Assembly: GCA_002104945.1 (NCBI GenBank)
Contig: MCFH01000002.1
Coordinates: forward strand, 248,001-312,000
Direction: 5' to 3'
DNA: 64,000 nucleotides
Source: Piromyces finnis finn
Taxonomy: Eukaryota; Fungi; Neocallimastigomycota
In this document: piece after piece, positions 17,822-38,298 of the stretch
Layout of the letters: each line of letters begins with the position of its first letter
Numbering within the stretch: position 1 is the stretch's first letter
Notes under the pieces: model-generated
Told to the model about the DNA's origin: nothing
The model's database searches: none
What the model saw: only the letters and a program-made list of their open reading frames with translations
Position numbers and translations under genes: made by a program

Positions 17822-20800
17822 TTTATTCTTTTCAATTCTGATATAAATAAGTAAATTACTAAGAAAAAAAAGGTATATTATTTTATAATAAAATGCAATA
17901 ATACTATATATATATAATAAATGAAATAGGTTAGTAAACTATTATAAATATCTTTATTTAAAAAAAAAATAATAATAATAAAAAAGTAATAATAAATGTT
18001 TAATTATATAATAATTTTTAAAATGGTTTACTATAGGTTTAAAGTATTAAAATGGTTAGTGATATTTTATCATTATATCATCTTTTATAGAAAAATCATT
18101 TTTTAAATTTTAAAAATTCTAGGCATCTCATTATTACATCTATTATTTAAAATGAAATGGCTTTATACTGTATTTAATATTTTCGTTTTATCATCTGTGA
18201 ATATCTTTCATTTAACAGTAAAAAAAAAAACCGTTCAAACATTGCTCTTTAAAAAAAAGGTTAATAATTCTATAATAATATCTATTAGCAGATGAGTATT
18301 CTTTATCATTTAAATTTTTACTTTTTGACATTTTCGTTATAATACAATAAATAAAAAAGGAATTTATTTATTATATCTTTAACATCTTTTTTTGTAATAT
18401 TAAAATTGAATATATAATGCACACTTTTATATCATAGGGCTTTGCTTTTCATAAACATATTTTATACTAATTACATAAATTGCATATTATTAATTAATAT
18501 TTCTAGTTTTAAAAAACATTTATTGTTTTGATTTTTTTTCAATATTTACTTTATTTCTTTTCTTCTAGGTTTCCTTTAAAATAGAGGGTAAAAAACTTTT
18601 CTCTATTTTTTTTGTAAATTTATTATAACCTTTTTTTCAACCAATTTTAAGCTTTTTTAAAACAGAAAAAAAAATTGAAAAAAAAAAAAATGTGTATTAT
18701 ATATTAATATAAAATATTAAAAATTTATTAAAAAATTAAAAAAAAAAAAAAAAAAAAAAAAATCATTTAAACTTTAATATATTTGTAACAATATATTACG
18801 TTTATATTACATTTATATATATATTTATTGACGACCTAAATTTTAGTATAAAATACATTATAGTGTGTTCAATTTTTTATATAAAAATAAACTTTGTAGT
18901 AATAATATATTATAATATATTATAATAATTATTTGTCAATATATTTGATTATATTTGATTGATTTATTTGGAAAATTAATATATATAAGAATTTGAAATT
19001 CTTTTTTTCAAGTTCAGTTATAAAAAAAATTGTATTTAATACTGTATAATATATTAGATTATTAGATTTCTATTTATTATGATAATTATAAAAAATAACA
19101 AAATTTTTAAAATCTACGCCAATAAAATTGCAGGAAATTAAATTCGCATTTCATTTACAATTTATTATACCATATATTATTATAAATAAAAAATAAAATG
19201 AATAGAATTTGTGTTTATTTTATTTCAACTTTTATATATTATTATCATAAATTATTATGCAATCTATTAAATTAGATAATATATATAAATTTATTTTTAA
19301 AAATTCTATATAAATAAAAAATGTATTGGAATGAATGTAACGTATTAATGTAATGTACTTTTTGTGTAAAAAAAAAAATACCATTATCATAATAAAAAAA
19401 AAGGCACTTTTGAATACACTCCTCCTATTTAATATACTAAATATTAGTTAATCGATCTTTTATGTTAATAAAAAATAAGCATATTTATTCATAGAATAGG
19501 CTTACTTTTGCTACAGTTCATCCTCCCTCAGCCAACATTTATTCTTATCATAGAGAAGAATAATATTAAACTTCCCCTTTCCTTTTTTTTTTTTTTTTTT
19601 TTTTTTTTTGAAAATGCACGTTCATAATTTTTAACTTTTAATATAAGTTATATATGTGATAATATATAATAATTATATTCATAAGATGTAATTTTAAATC
19701 GAAATCATATATTAAATTTTAATGGATAAGTTTTATAATAAACTTTTTTCACTATCATATATTAGAATATAATTTAATATATAATGTATACAAATCTTAA
19801 GGATTACAGGAATAATTTAGTAGTTTTTGTGAAGTGGTGGGTGGTGGAAAGGAAGGAAATGGAATAGGGTCATAGTAAAAAGTACAGCACAATTTAAATA
19901 TAAAAATTAAATGGTTGTTTTTAATAATAATAAAAAGAGAAATCCATCATTAAAATAATGATGTTATAATGGTATATCTCTTTATTATTATATACTTTAA
20001 GAGATATTTACATGTATTTCTTTTTTTTTTCGCCAATGATAATAAAGTGATGATAAAATTGCTAAATAAAGTTCCAAAGTTTATTAATTATAAATTCATG
20101 AGTAAATTTAATAAAATTTATTAACTAAATAATTATATATAAAAAATCAAATTTGAAAATGTAAATCTGGTAAACTCTTTAAAGTTTAAGTAGAGGAAGG
20201 GCTCTTTTTTTTTTTATCACCACAATAAATAACTTTTAAAATACAACTTGAATGAGAGATCAATTATATAATTTAAACTATATCTTAAATTAAATCTAGA
20301 AAATTGTAATTGTTAAAATAGGATTAAAAAAAAAGCTTTTAACACAATATAATTCTAACCTCCTATAACCTACTTGATGTAGCCTAATTAATGGACACAT
20401 AGTTATATAATTATTGTGTACAATTCTTTCATTTATCATATTATAAAAAGTAACGTTATACTGTTATAAAAAATCAACCATTGTAATAAAATTTTCCAAT
20501 CTATTATTAGTACTATTTTTATTTTTCATCTTATTAATTACAATTTGGAAAGAGACAATGTAATACGATGGCTCACTAAAGTTTTTAAATAATAACTTTA
20601 TTTTATATGTACCAAAAAAAAAAATGTTTTTTTTTTATTATTGTTAATGTTATTATTTTTTCTTTCTTTTAAACTTTTTAATTATGAAAAATGAATGATG
20701 TTAAAATTATAATGGATATTTATATGATATTTATATATATAATGTTTTATTATTTTATTCTTTTTTTTTTTGGTTGTATTAAAATAGTTATTAATTAAAA

Positions 20801-20827
20801 ATTCCTTAATTATTCGATTAAATTATA

Positions 20828-20867
<40 letters not shown>

Positions 20868-22560
20868 TTTTACTTAAAGTTTTGATATTAAAATAATAAT
20901 TATTTTAAAGTTTTTATTTTTAATTAAAAAGTTTCCATTAGATTTGTCCTACATTTTTTTAGAAAAAAAAAAAAAGTTATAATTAAATTGAAAAGAGAAT
21001 TCATTTCTATAAAATTTATTATTAATATTATTATAATCTCTAGTGTAATAATAATAACACATAAAATATAAAAGGCATTGAAACTTTTGTCTTTTGTGAT
21101 GATAATAAATAATAATATATTTTTCATTATATAAATCGAAAAGAAAAAATTATATATAAAGCCAAGTTAAATATTATACCATTTATTTTTTTTATAATAT
21201 CAGAAAAAAAAACATAATAAATAAAATGAAATAATATATGAGATATGCTAATATAGTTTAAATGTAAAACGATAATTAAATAAAAGTTATGGACTAAAAA
21301 AAAAAGAAAAAGAAATTAAGTAATGGGAAACAACTCTACAAATAATGATTCAATACATTTTGCAAATTAAAGATATTAATATAATACTAATAAAATTTCT
21401 ATTAAGCAACTAAAAACTTTTATAAATAAAGGCCTAAACAAAAAGAGGGTAATAGTAACTATTTTGTTTTCAATGGCATTCCTTCATTTATTCTATAAAG
21501 AATATAAAAAGTCTTATATATTAAATTTATTTTTTATGTTAAAAGTAACATTTAAAAAGTATTTTTTTTTAAAATTCTCTTTTTTTAAAGACATTTTTAA
21601 TCACTAATTTTAGCCAATAAAATTTTAGCAACAATTAAAAATTTAATTTCTTTCATGGTTAATTCATATTTACTTTATCACTATTTAAAATTTAAAAGGT
21701 TAGATTTTATAAATTTGAAATTAATATATTTAATATTAAATTATTTTATTAATATATTCAGAAAATAAATAATATAAATAAATTTTTTTTCTTATTCTTT
21801 AAACAAAAAAAAAAGGGAATAATTCTTTACTTTTTTATTATTATTAAAAAAAAAAAAAAGTAACTGTTGAGTAGATAAATTTATTTATATATCATTATTA
21901 TTTTATTCATTTATTTACAAAATCATAGCATTATTATTACTGTCATTATACAAAATAATAATTTATTTGTATGAAATTGTATATTCCATCAGTAAAATAA
22001 AAAAGACCAAAAATAATCTAATTTTTTTTTTTTTTACAATGAAACTTTTGGAATTCAGAAATTACTTCAAATTATATGTTATAGCGGTTTATTTAGAAAA
22101 ATAAGAAACAATAAAAGAAAGTTAATATAGCTATCAAAATGACATTTTTTTTTCTTATATTTCTTATTTATATTCAACTTGAATTATTTTGTTTATTTAC
22201 AGCTATTGAATAAATTAATAAAATATTTCAACATATATATATTTTCTTTATTAAGATATAATAATAATAATAAAATATAATTGTTAAAAAAAAAAAAAAA
22301 AAGGAAAATGCAAGTAAAACAAATTTAAAAGAATATTTATAAGAGTTAAATAAGATATAAATTTTGATTATCCTTTTATGAATTTAAAAGCAACAAAAAT
22401 TATTTTTACATTTATTTACTTTTGTTCTTTTCTTTATAAAATAAAAATATAAAGAATATTAATGTTTTTTTTTATTAGTCAATAGAATAAATTGTAAAAT
22501 TATTATTTTTATATTTACCAATTACAATCATATATTAATACCATTTTTTTTTATAGGAAA

Positions 22561-23697
22561 ATGTTTTCATTTTATAATCGTGGATCAACATTATTGAACT
22601 TTTTATGTACAGTTTTACCAGTATTATTAGCTCTTCTCGCTTGTACCAGTCCATTTTTATTAAATCAAGCTGATCCAAAAGTAAAGATAAATGTCAGAAA
22701 TGTTCATATGTAAGATATCACTGTTATTACACCAATAAAATTCTAATTCTTATACTATAATATATAAAAAGAAGAATAATAAAAATAACATAAACAATAA
22801 TATAGACAATTTTTAATTTAAATAAATATTTATTTTTTAATAATGCAAATTAAATTATAACAATTAAAAAGGAAAAGATATTCTTCAAGTTCAACACCAT
22901 CAAATAAGAAAGAAAGCACCATGATGAAATTATATAGATATCGTATGTGTCTATATACATAATAACAAGTATAAATTTCAGAAATATATTTTATTTACTA
23001 AATATTTAATGTATTAAATGTAGACTATCCATACAGATATCCACCAAAGGGTGATATTGCTTTAATTGATTTTGATATTAATGCTGGTAAATATATAAAG
23101 AACAAACAATAATATACGCCGCTAAAGGACATAAATTAATATATTATTTATTAATTAATTTTTTTAAAAAAAGATTTAACTAGTGTTTTCAATTGGAATG
23201 TCAAGGAATTATTTGTTTACTTAGTCTATGAATTCGAAACTCCAAAACAAGTAAGAATGAATATTTGATATTTATAGATACATTAGGAAAAATTAATATA
23301 TACATGGTAGCAATTATTACTACACACTAAATAATAATATAGTTACTAATAAAATTTAATTTTAATAAATTTTTAATATAAAGAAATTCAACCAAGTTGT
23401 TGTTTGGGATGATATTATCACTAGTAAACAAGATGCTCATATTAAAGGAAAGAATGTTGAATCTGAATATTTAGTTACCGCTTTAGATAATAAATTAAGG
23501 TTTGTTATTTAACAAAAAAAAAAAAAAAAACATAAAAATATAATATTATGAAAATAAAAAAACTTATTTTTATTACATATTTTAATAGAGGAATTTCTGG
23601 TAATTTAACTTTATATTGGGATATTATTCCAAATACTGGTCTCCTTTTCCAAAAATCAAAAGGTTCAATCACTGTCCCATTACAAAAAGAACAATAA
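22561..23697 (+). CDS. SPC3: Signal peptidase complex subunit 3 (SPC22/23), multi-exon
   Basis: MFSFYNRGSTLLNF...DIALIDFDINA|DLTSVFNWNVKELFVYLVYEFETPKQ|KFNQVVVWDDII...|GISGNLTLYWDIIPNTGLL; FNWN.K.LFVYL and NQVV.WD are SPC3 signatures. Confidence 0.92.
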
Positions 23698-25086
23698 TCT
23701 TGAATACAATAAAAAACAATATATTTCTTTTTATTTATAGATATTGAAAAAAAAAAAAGTAAAATAACTAAAACAAATAAATTATAATAAATAAAAAAAA
23801 TAAATTAAAAAAAAAAAAGCAAGATAACTTCAAATAAAAATAATTAAAGAAAAAAGAAAAAGTTATAACTTTTATATACATATATAAACTAAACAAATAA
23901 ATAATATAAATAAATAAAATACTAATAAATATAAAATAGTTTTTTATTTTGTTTTTGATATTGGATGTAAAATTGTGAAATTTTAAATAGTAAATGTTGA
24001 TTATATTGTTTTTTGTAATTACTATCTTTTAAATTAGTAATTAAGATTGTATAAAGTATGGTCAAGATAGTTGTTTTTTCTTTTTCTTTCTTCTTTTTTT
24101 TTTCTTCTTATTATTATTGTATATTACTAGGATAAATTATAATTATTAGTATATTTACACTAAGCTAAGCTATCGTATTAAATCATCATTATTTTTAAAA
24201 ATGTAGAAAACTCAGGCAAGAAATATTTATAATGATCCTTTATAAATACCCTTGGTAAACTTTTCTTTACTTATTGTTGTCTTTTTTTTTTTTTTTATAA
24301 ATTTTAATAATAAAAAACCTTTGTTTAAAAATGGTCTTTTTTTTTTTTTTTTTAGATTTCAAAGCTTTTAATTACAAAAAGATTTATTTTATTTTATTTC
24401 AAGAAAAATAAAACAAAAAAATAAAAAATCTAATTACAATTAAAACCATTAAATAAAAAAAACAAAAAAAAAAAAACAAAGTAAAAATATAAAGACAAAT
24501 TTATATTTAATATTTTTAAAGTATTTTTAATAGATTTAACATAAGAATTATAATGTTACCCTTTCTTATGTTTTTATTATTGTTGATTATTATAGAAATA
24601 AAAAATAAAAAAAAAAAAAAAATTTAAAAAATACTTTTTTTATTGTATTGTATTTGTAGGGGATAAGCAATTATCTTAAAATATAAATATTATATTGTAC
24701 CAAAGAGGAAAGAATACATAAAAATTTAAAATTTTTCATTAAAAAAAATTTATTATTAAATTTAATAGACTATAAAAAAATTAATATATATATATATTAT
24801 ATACATAGATTTACATTTTACATTTTTTTTCTTACAATAGTAGTTTCAATGTTCATTATAAAGTAAATGTTTAAATTTTATAATTTATATTAAAAAAAAA
24901 AAAATGAATAATAATAAAATGGGATATATATATCATTATTAATGATAAATAATAAAAAAAAGAGATTAAATATAAAAAAAGATAATAATGCTGATATCAT
25001 TAGAATGGTTGTATTAATTTTTATAAAATTTTATAGGTATTTATATTGATATTGTTTTTTTTATTAAAAAAAATATACATATATTG

Positions 25087-28007
25087 TTATTTATAAGTAA
25101 TTTCAATGATCACTTGAATAATAACAATAAGAGCGTAGAGAATAATTGCACATAATCCATAGGATCTTGTCATTCTAAAATTATTGAAATATACAAAAAA
25201 TAAAGTACCAATGGTACTAATTAAAAGTCCAATCACAGAAAAGTAAAGCGTATTGGAATCAATTTTAATTAATAATGATTTATGTTTTTTCTCTGTTAAA
25301 ATACATCCGGACAAACCAAGTCCTAAAATAATGTCTAAAAAAAACAAACAATATATTATAAATAATAGATGATTAGTATAGAAATTAAATTTTAATATAT
25401 ATATTGTATACTCTATATTATATATTTTAATAGATAATTAATCTTACTTAGTAAAGGTGTTCCTAAACAGGCACCTAAGGCCATTTTAGAAAATCCCATT
25501 TTAGCAATAGAAACATTAGTAATAAGATCCCCTAAACTATTGCCCATGGCGAACAATGATAACCCCATAATGGCATCACTGATATGAAATATTTTCCCGA
25601 GAGACTATACATAAAAATAAAATCAGTAATATATATTATATATATTAATATATTATTAGAATGATAAAGGATGTTGATGATAATAATAAATATAAAATAT
25701 ATTTATAGATTTACTTTCTTTTATAATAACTTTTTTTTTAAAAAAAAAAAAAAAGAAAAAAAAAAAAAAACTTACTTGTAATACTGCAACAACTTCATTT
25801 GCTATAATATAAATCCATGATATACCTGATATAAATCCAATAATAGAAAATATACAATAGTAAGATGGAATTTGATCATTTTTTATACATAGGGTGGTAA
25901 GAAGAAAAGCGATAAATGATAGGATACAACTGCATATCCAATGATAATACTTTATATCTAAATCTTTTTTTTTTTTTTAAAAAATATATATATATATATA
26001 TAATTTATAATAATAATTTAGAAAAAAAAATTCTTTTAAAAGATAATTTATTATTTTAATTGACTTTACCAATAGATAAAATTAACATAATAAATAATGG
26101 ACAAACAGTCGTAGAAATTACAATTAACCATTTATTCCATACTTCCGATAGATTAATTTGATGGTCTAGAGAACCATGGTGATGATTGGAATTTTCTTTA
26201 GAGGAACCTCTGACATTGGTGTTTATACTGGTATCATGATTTATTAGAGGTTCATGAAAAGAAAAACCATCATAGATACTATCTTCCGATAGGGTATTAT
26301 TTCCATACTTTGAATTGAAATCACCATAAGATTTATAGGATTTATTCTCTGAATTGGAAGGAGATAAACTAATATTATTCGTTTCCATAAAAAAGGAATT
26401 ATTTTCGTTAATATCGCTAAAATCATAGTTATTGATTGAACTGACACTCATTACACGGTTGATAGAGTTATTTCTAATGAGATAGGAGGATGTCGAAACT
26501 TGTCCATTATTTCCTATTGAATTTGTGGAATTTGTGTTTATAGAGGATAAAGAAGTTGAAAATAAATTCTTATTAGCTTCTTTCGTTATTTGATTATTCC
26601 TATGATTCTTGTTGGAATCAATTTCATTTTGCGAACCATGGAGAAGGGTAGAATGGTTAGCATGCTCTACAGGAATACTATCATAGGTTGGTGCCATCCC
26701 TGCTGAATAATTTTCAAATTTTAATTGAGACACGGTTGATTGATTTGAAAAGGATGGCATTTTGTTAGAGGCTTGGTTCACTCTTTCCTTTAATTTTTGA
26801 CTATTCATTAGAGAGGTGTTGAGAAGAGCTTTTCTACTCTCGGGATCGTATGTGCAACCTTTATACTTTTTCTTCATTATAATTTGATTTAATGATTGTG
26901 ATTTTTTTAATGGATGAATTTGTGGTTCTTCACTATTTGCCATAAATAAATTGTCATGGGTATAACTTTTGGAAAGTTTACTTTGTGAATATTGTAGATG
27001 TTTTTTCGTTAATCCTTTGCGAACAAGACTATCTATTTCCTCAAATGAAGTGGATCGGGAGAGTGATGCATTTTTTAATTTACTTTCAGATAATATTCTA
27101 CTTAATTGTTGCTTTTTCTTTTGTTCAATTCGTTTTAATTCTCTTTCACTAGAAGTTTGAAATTGTATTTCATTTAAATCGTTGGTATTTTCTTGTTTAT
27201 AAAAATGGTGATAATGATGTTGGTGTTGATGCCTATTACTTTCTACATTTTCATTAACTTTTTTAACTTGTTGCTTATAAGCATTTTGTATATCTGGAGT
27301 AATGACAGGAATAGTAAGGGCTAAAGCCAAATTGAATGGTAAACAGAATAAATTAATACATTTTGTTATAAAACTTTGATGTTGCCAATCTTTTAAATAT
27401 GGAAAAAAGGTAAAAATAAATTGATCTTTAAAAGATAGTGTATTTTTTATCGCGTTTGGTGTTGAGATAGTATCAGATTTAAAGGCATTATGATTAGTAT
27501 TAGTATGATTGGATAAATAATTTTTGATTTCATTATCGTTTGAATCAAGTTTATTAAGAAGTGGGGTATTTTCATTATAGTTGACTTCCTCGTTGCTTTC
27601 ATTATCATTTCTTATTTTATCTTCTTGGGTAATATTAATAGAAAGACTAAAGGATGGTGGAGATAATATGATTTCATTATTGTCTGTTTCCCTTGAATTT
27701 GTAATGATCAATGGTCTGTTATTACGTATGGATGTACTTTTATCATCTATATTTTCATTTATGAATATACAATATTAGAATGATTATTTAAATAGAATAA
27801 CTACATTTTTATAGTTTTTAAAGATTTATAAATAATATATTAAGTTTTATGCCTACCATTAAAATCACTACTTAGGCTACTTGCTAAACTTGAACTAAAA
27901 CTTTCACTTAAACATGAATTTATATCTGATTCACTATATAATTCTTTATTCATTTTAGATTTACAATAATTATTTAAAATAAAAAATATTAATACAAATT
28001 TAATTTT

Positions 28008-28038
<31 letters not shown>

Positions 28039-29376
28039 GAAAAATAAAAATAGGATAGTACAAATTACCTTCTGAATCACTATCAAAATCACATCTTGGA
28101 AAATGTAACCCTAATGAATGGTAACTATCTATTCTTGATTGCTTTGAATGTTTACTCCAGTTACTAACTACAACCAATATAACATAAAGGATATAATAGC
28201 TTAACATAATTATTGAATCTGTCGAGCTAATATGACCTTTAATAATAATAATTAAAACGCATATGACAGCACCAATAAAAAATAATATATCACATAAAAA
28301 TGGTTTCTTCGATACTTTTAAAGGTGATACCAATGAAATTGATCCAATTACCAATATAGTAACAAATAAAGAAGCTCCTACCAATTCACCGATAGCTAAA
28401 CCTCCACTATTTGCTTTAAATGATGAAAATGTTCCGAAAACATCTGGTGCACCATTACCTTTAAAAAAATAAATATATATTAGATTTCGATAATTTTTTT
28501 AAAAAAAAAAAAACAAATATTTTTCGTTTTTAAATATTGATATTATATTAAATAATAGTTTAAAGATAATATTTTAAAAAAATAATATATATAACACTTT
28601 ATGATAACCAACCTAAAGCTGCAAGTGTAACACCAGCTACACTTTCTGGTAAACGAAGGGAATTCGCTATAACTGTTAAGTTTGGACTGAAAAATGAAGA
28701 AGATGAAGTTCCAAATAATAAGAAAATCCACACTACCCATATAACCTTTAAATAGAAATCAGATAAAAATATATAAATGCATAAATATTTTTTTTGTATA
28801 TATTAAAAAAAAAATTTTTTTTTTGACTATTTATTAAGTAGAAATGCTACTTAAAATAAATTTCTTTTTCTTTTTATATATATATAATTACATGTATTTT
28901 ATTTTAAAAAAAATATAAGAAGTAATAGCAATATATATTTATTAAAATATAATTTACCATGATAATAAGTGATAGTACTGAATAATTCTCCATTGTACAA
29001 TAAATAAAAGTAAGATAATTGAATAATCCTTTAATATTTGAACAATGAGTTTGTACATATTTACATTTATCACCGGTATATGGAATTGTACACTTGAAAT
29101 ATACATGAAATATTAAAAATTCAATACTTTTAATGACTTTTATTTTTTATTATTAATATAGTAATATTTATCATTTCATTATATTATAATAGAAATTATA
29201 AAAAGGTGTATTACTTCATCCGTTTTTATTTTTAAATTAGAATCTTCTGAATTTTTATTTATCCATAAAATGGATACTGCCAATATTGACGAAAATATTA
29301 TAAATATATAAAAAACTTGCTTTTTAAATATTGCATTTTTATAATGTTTAATCCTTTGATATGATATAAAATTCAT
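25087..29376 (-). CDS. Cation/Ca2+ exchanger, CCX/NCLX (Ecm27-like) family, multi-exon
   Basis: Alpha-1 repeat FFSPNLTVIANSLRLPESVAGVTLAALG|NGAPDVFGTFSS...LAIGELVGASLFV; alpha-2 repeat AIMGLSLFAMGNSLGDLITNVSIAKMGFSKMALGACLGTP; large hydrophilic loop exon 26056-27780. Confidence 0.9.
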
Positions 29377-30130
29377 TACAAATTGAAATATTCAATCCTA
29401 TTATTTATTATTATTATTATTATTTTATTTTGAAACAAAATTGTTTAAATTATTTTTATTTTTAAAATTTGTTATTTTCTTTCCTTGGTATTATTTCTGT
29501 TAATTAACGTTATTGTTTATTATTATTATTGTTTTTTTTTTTTAATATTATTTCATTAATTGAACTTGGATATTTTGATACTATTATATATTGGCATTTT
29601 AAAATATTTAATATATTTAATATTGTGTATATTTTTTTAAAGTCAATTCTTTTTGAATTATATATACAAATTTCTTCTTAGATATTTACTTATTAAATTA
29701 AATATATACGAAATAGTTATTATTATTATTATTACTATTATTTTTTCCCAATTAGTTGTAATATTAATATTTCTTTTTCATATTTAAATATATTTAACTT
29801 GAAATTACTTTATATATATTAAGTATTGAATAAATAATAAAATATATATTTTTTCTTAATTATATTTAGTATTTATTTTTTAAATATCGACTTTTACTAT
29901 GTTATTTATATTATTCGTGATAATTCTTTTTTTTTTTAAATAATAAAGTTTAACATTATAAAATATTGGTATGTTATATATAGTACTATGTGACTCTTAA
30001 CATTTATATTTTTTTTTCTTTTATATAATTGTTAATAAAATAATATTTTAACAAAGAATTTTTTAATATTGTATTGTAGAATTATTTCTTTTTTTTTTTT
30101 TAAATAACTAAAAGTAATAAGACAAGAATG

Positions 30131-30162
<32 letters not shown>

Positions 30163-32630
30163 TTAAAAGAAAAGAAAATAAGGAATAATACATATATTTA
30201 TATATAACAACGACTGTATCCTTTTTTATCCTTTTTTCTTAATAATAAAATTTATTATTTAAAAAGTAAATTAATACACATTTTGTTCTATTTATGTGAA
30301 AGAGTTAAATTATTTACTTTTAATATAAATATTAACAGAATAATTAAAAATAAAGTTTGATAGTATATACATCACGTGATATATCGCCGTTTTCTTGTAC
30401 TACCATCGGAACTAAACATCTATAATCAGTAGGCATAATATATTTAAAAAGAAAAAAGTTACATTTAAATAGTTTTCAATATTACATAATTCATTAGCAT
30501 TGTTACATAATTCATTAGCACTGCATGGCATAATAAGTATTATATTAGTATATATACGAGAAATTTTTGCAGAAATAAAAAGAATTGAATTATATGAATT
30601 CTTTTTATTAAAATATTTGTTAAATTTCACTTTATTAAAAAAAATAAAAATAATGTATGATTCATTCACATGTAACTTGTTAATTATTTTTATAGAATTA
30701 TATAGGTATATAATTATTTTCATATTAGTTTCTCTCTATTTTAAACTTAAGTATACTAGGTAACGTATTATCATGAAAATAAATAAATAGCTAAGGATAA
30801 CACCATCTACACATAGATAAGCTATTTTTTATTTTGAATTTTCCACAATGGCAAAGATAAAAATAGAAAAAAATAAAAAATAAAAACAAAAATTTCTAAT
30901 AATTATTAAATAAACTTTAAAAAGTTAAAATTGCAAATTAATGAAAAATTAATTTAAAATATTAATAAAATTATTCATTAAATATTAAAAATATATATTA
31001 CTATTATACTCTAATATATTACATTCTTATCTTTATTAAATTACCAAAGTATTTTTTAAAATGAAAATTTTTATATTAAAAAAAAATAAATATAATTATT
31101 CTCTCATTCCACAAAGTATTTTTTGAATTTTATTAACCCTTTTAATAAAAACAAAACTGACTCTGACTCTATGGTAAGTAGTCTTTTTTTTGTTAAACTA
31201 GTTTTTTTTTTTAAATTAATGTAGCATCACATATTAACATATTAAAATATATAAATTTTAAAAAGTTTCATCAAAAAATAGAGTTATTATTAATGATTAT
31301 GACATGATCATCATTATAACTTTATAAATTGATTAATATAATAATACCAATAATAAACTTAAAATATGATTTATCATTTATTATTAATGTAAATAGAAGA
31401 ATCAGTATGATCAATTACAATAATAATTTTAATATATTAATTACTTTAAAAAATTATTATATTGAATTCTTACTTTATGGTTTCAACAATATAAATTTAT
31501 TAAACTTTTTTTTTATTTGTAGTTTTAATTATAAATTTGAAAAAAATGTGATCCGAAAGAAATGACTATAACTACAATAATAGAATTATTTAAAAAAAGA
31601 AAATGATTATGAATTCAATTTTTTAAACCTTTTATTATGATAATTATAAATCACATGTTGGAATTCCACAAAATAAAAAAAAAATTATTACTTATAAATA
31701 CTATATTTAATAACTTTTATCTTATGGTGAATATTATAATTTATATAATTTCTCGAAATTAAACTTTCAAACTTAAATTTATTTAATACCTCATTCCTAA
31801 TTAATTTAGTTTTTAGTTTATTAATAATCACTAATTTTTTGTCATATACACTATTATAAAATATATATCCAAGGTTTTTGGAAAATATTATTATGGTTGA
31901 TGAATACAAAGGGGTATAAGTGTATAGATAATAGAAGAGTTAAATGTATATCAGTAATAAACAAATTGATCATGAAAAGTGAACAAAATTAATTATTAAT
32001 ATATAATAAAATAAGAATAGATGAATATTTATTTTAAATAATGCTTAACATTTATATTCATATATAAATTATATATTATGAAAAAATAATATTAATAATA
32101 ATTACATTTTTTTTTTATAGTATATAACATTAAATTAAATATTATAAATTATTTAATGCGTTTTAATGCAGAAATATAATAATAATTATATATATTTGAA
32201 TTTTATTTAAATTATATTTAAGTTTTATTTATATTGTAAATACTCATGTTATAAAATATGTTTTATTTATCTTTCTATTTAATTTCATATTTTAATTATA
32301 TAAATTAACCTTTTATTTTTTGGAAATGACAAATTAATTTTTACTTTTAAAAAGGTATTAATATAATCCAAGTACATATGTATACATAAATGATTGGTAA
32401 ACAATCAACATCAAAATCAACTTTTTATTATTATTTTTTTTTTGAAATGGATTTATCATATTTTAATTTCTTAAATTTTATATTATTAATATAAAAAATA
32501 TAAAAGATTACTTTTTTATATTTTATATTCAGTAGTATAAAAGATTTTAAAATTGTTAAAAGGATCAAATTAAAATCTTAGAAGAATATAGTATATTATT
32601 TTTTTTTAAAATAAATAATTACAAAACAAA

Positions 32631-37224
<4,594 letters not shown>

Positions 37225-38298
37225 ACAACAACAACAATATTTTATTAGTGTGTGTAACACCTAACAAAAATCCTTCACTAGAATTTCCAGTAATAATAAT
37301 TAACATGGGATGATAAAAAATAAATTATTGAAATAGTTTCCATTTTCACTCCAATTATTATATAATTATTATATAACAATTTTTACGAAATTCAATAATT
37401 TAATAAAGCAATGTATATTCTATTTAATATTTATAACAAAACAATGAAAAAAGAAAACAAGAAAACAAAATTTAAATGACTTTTAAATATAAGTCCATTT
37501 TTGTTTTTAAAGTTTTTTTTTTTTTCTTTTATTTCTTTTATTTATTTTTATTATTATTACAAATAATTTTTTTTCTTAATAAAATGCAAATTATTTTTAT
37601 ATAATTATTTAAAAATTAAAATAAAAAAAGTTTATATAAAACAAGATTTATTCTTTTTTTTTTTTTTTATTTATTTCTCTATTATTTGTGTTGATAAATA
37701 TAAATTATATATATATATTTTCTTTTATCCTAGCTAATAAATATTTTATATGATATATATTAGTTATGGAAAAAAAGGTGAAAGAAAGAAAGAATGAAAA
37801 AAAAATACATATTAAGATGGATGAATAAAGGTTAAATTAGTTTATCTTTGGTAAATATTATTAATACAAATTTAAAAGAAAAAAAAAATTTTTTTTTATA
37901 ACATACCAAAATTTTATTGGATAATTCAATCTTTTTTTTTTTTTTCCTCTATATAATTAAAATTTAGGCATCATTATACCTTTTTAATATAATTTCTTAA
38001 ATAAAGGAGTGTCCATAGAAATAAAATAAAATAATACCCACCTCCAAAAAGCAAAAAACAAAAACATATATATATATATATAAATATAAATACCAATTTT
38101 GAAAAAAAGTTTATTTTTTTTTTCAATTTATTATTTATCAAGTATTTTGTATTATTCTTTTTACTTTCAGCTTGTTATTATTATAGCTTTAATTAAAACA
38201 GTCAATTATTTTATGTATATAAATAGTAACTTTTAATAACATTTTTAATAGAAATTTATACATTAACAATTCAATATTCATAATTAATTATTATCAAC

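Noticed and set aside
17900-22500. Hidden genes, tRNAs or snoRNAs in the long AT-rich spacers (also 29400-32600, 44100-47800 and 58600-59800)
   Set aside because: I found no tRNA T-loop/B-box pattern, convincing C/D box pair or codon-like exon. The short ORFs listed there are low-complexity F/I/K/L translations.
30361-30763. ORFs 30412..30723 and 30500..30763, the direct repeat TTACATAATTCATTAGCA x2 and an ATCACGTGA E-box
   Set aside because: No recognisable protein motifs or splice structure, and only two repeat units. The CACGTG (also at ~41285) is a plausible bHLH site but cannot be supported from sequence alone.
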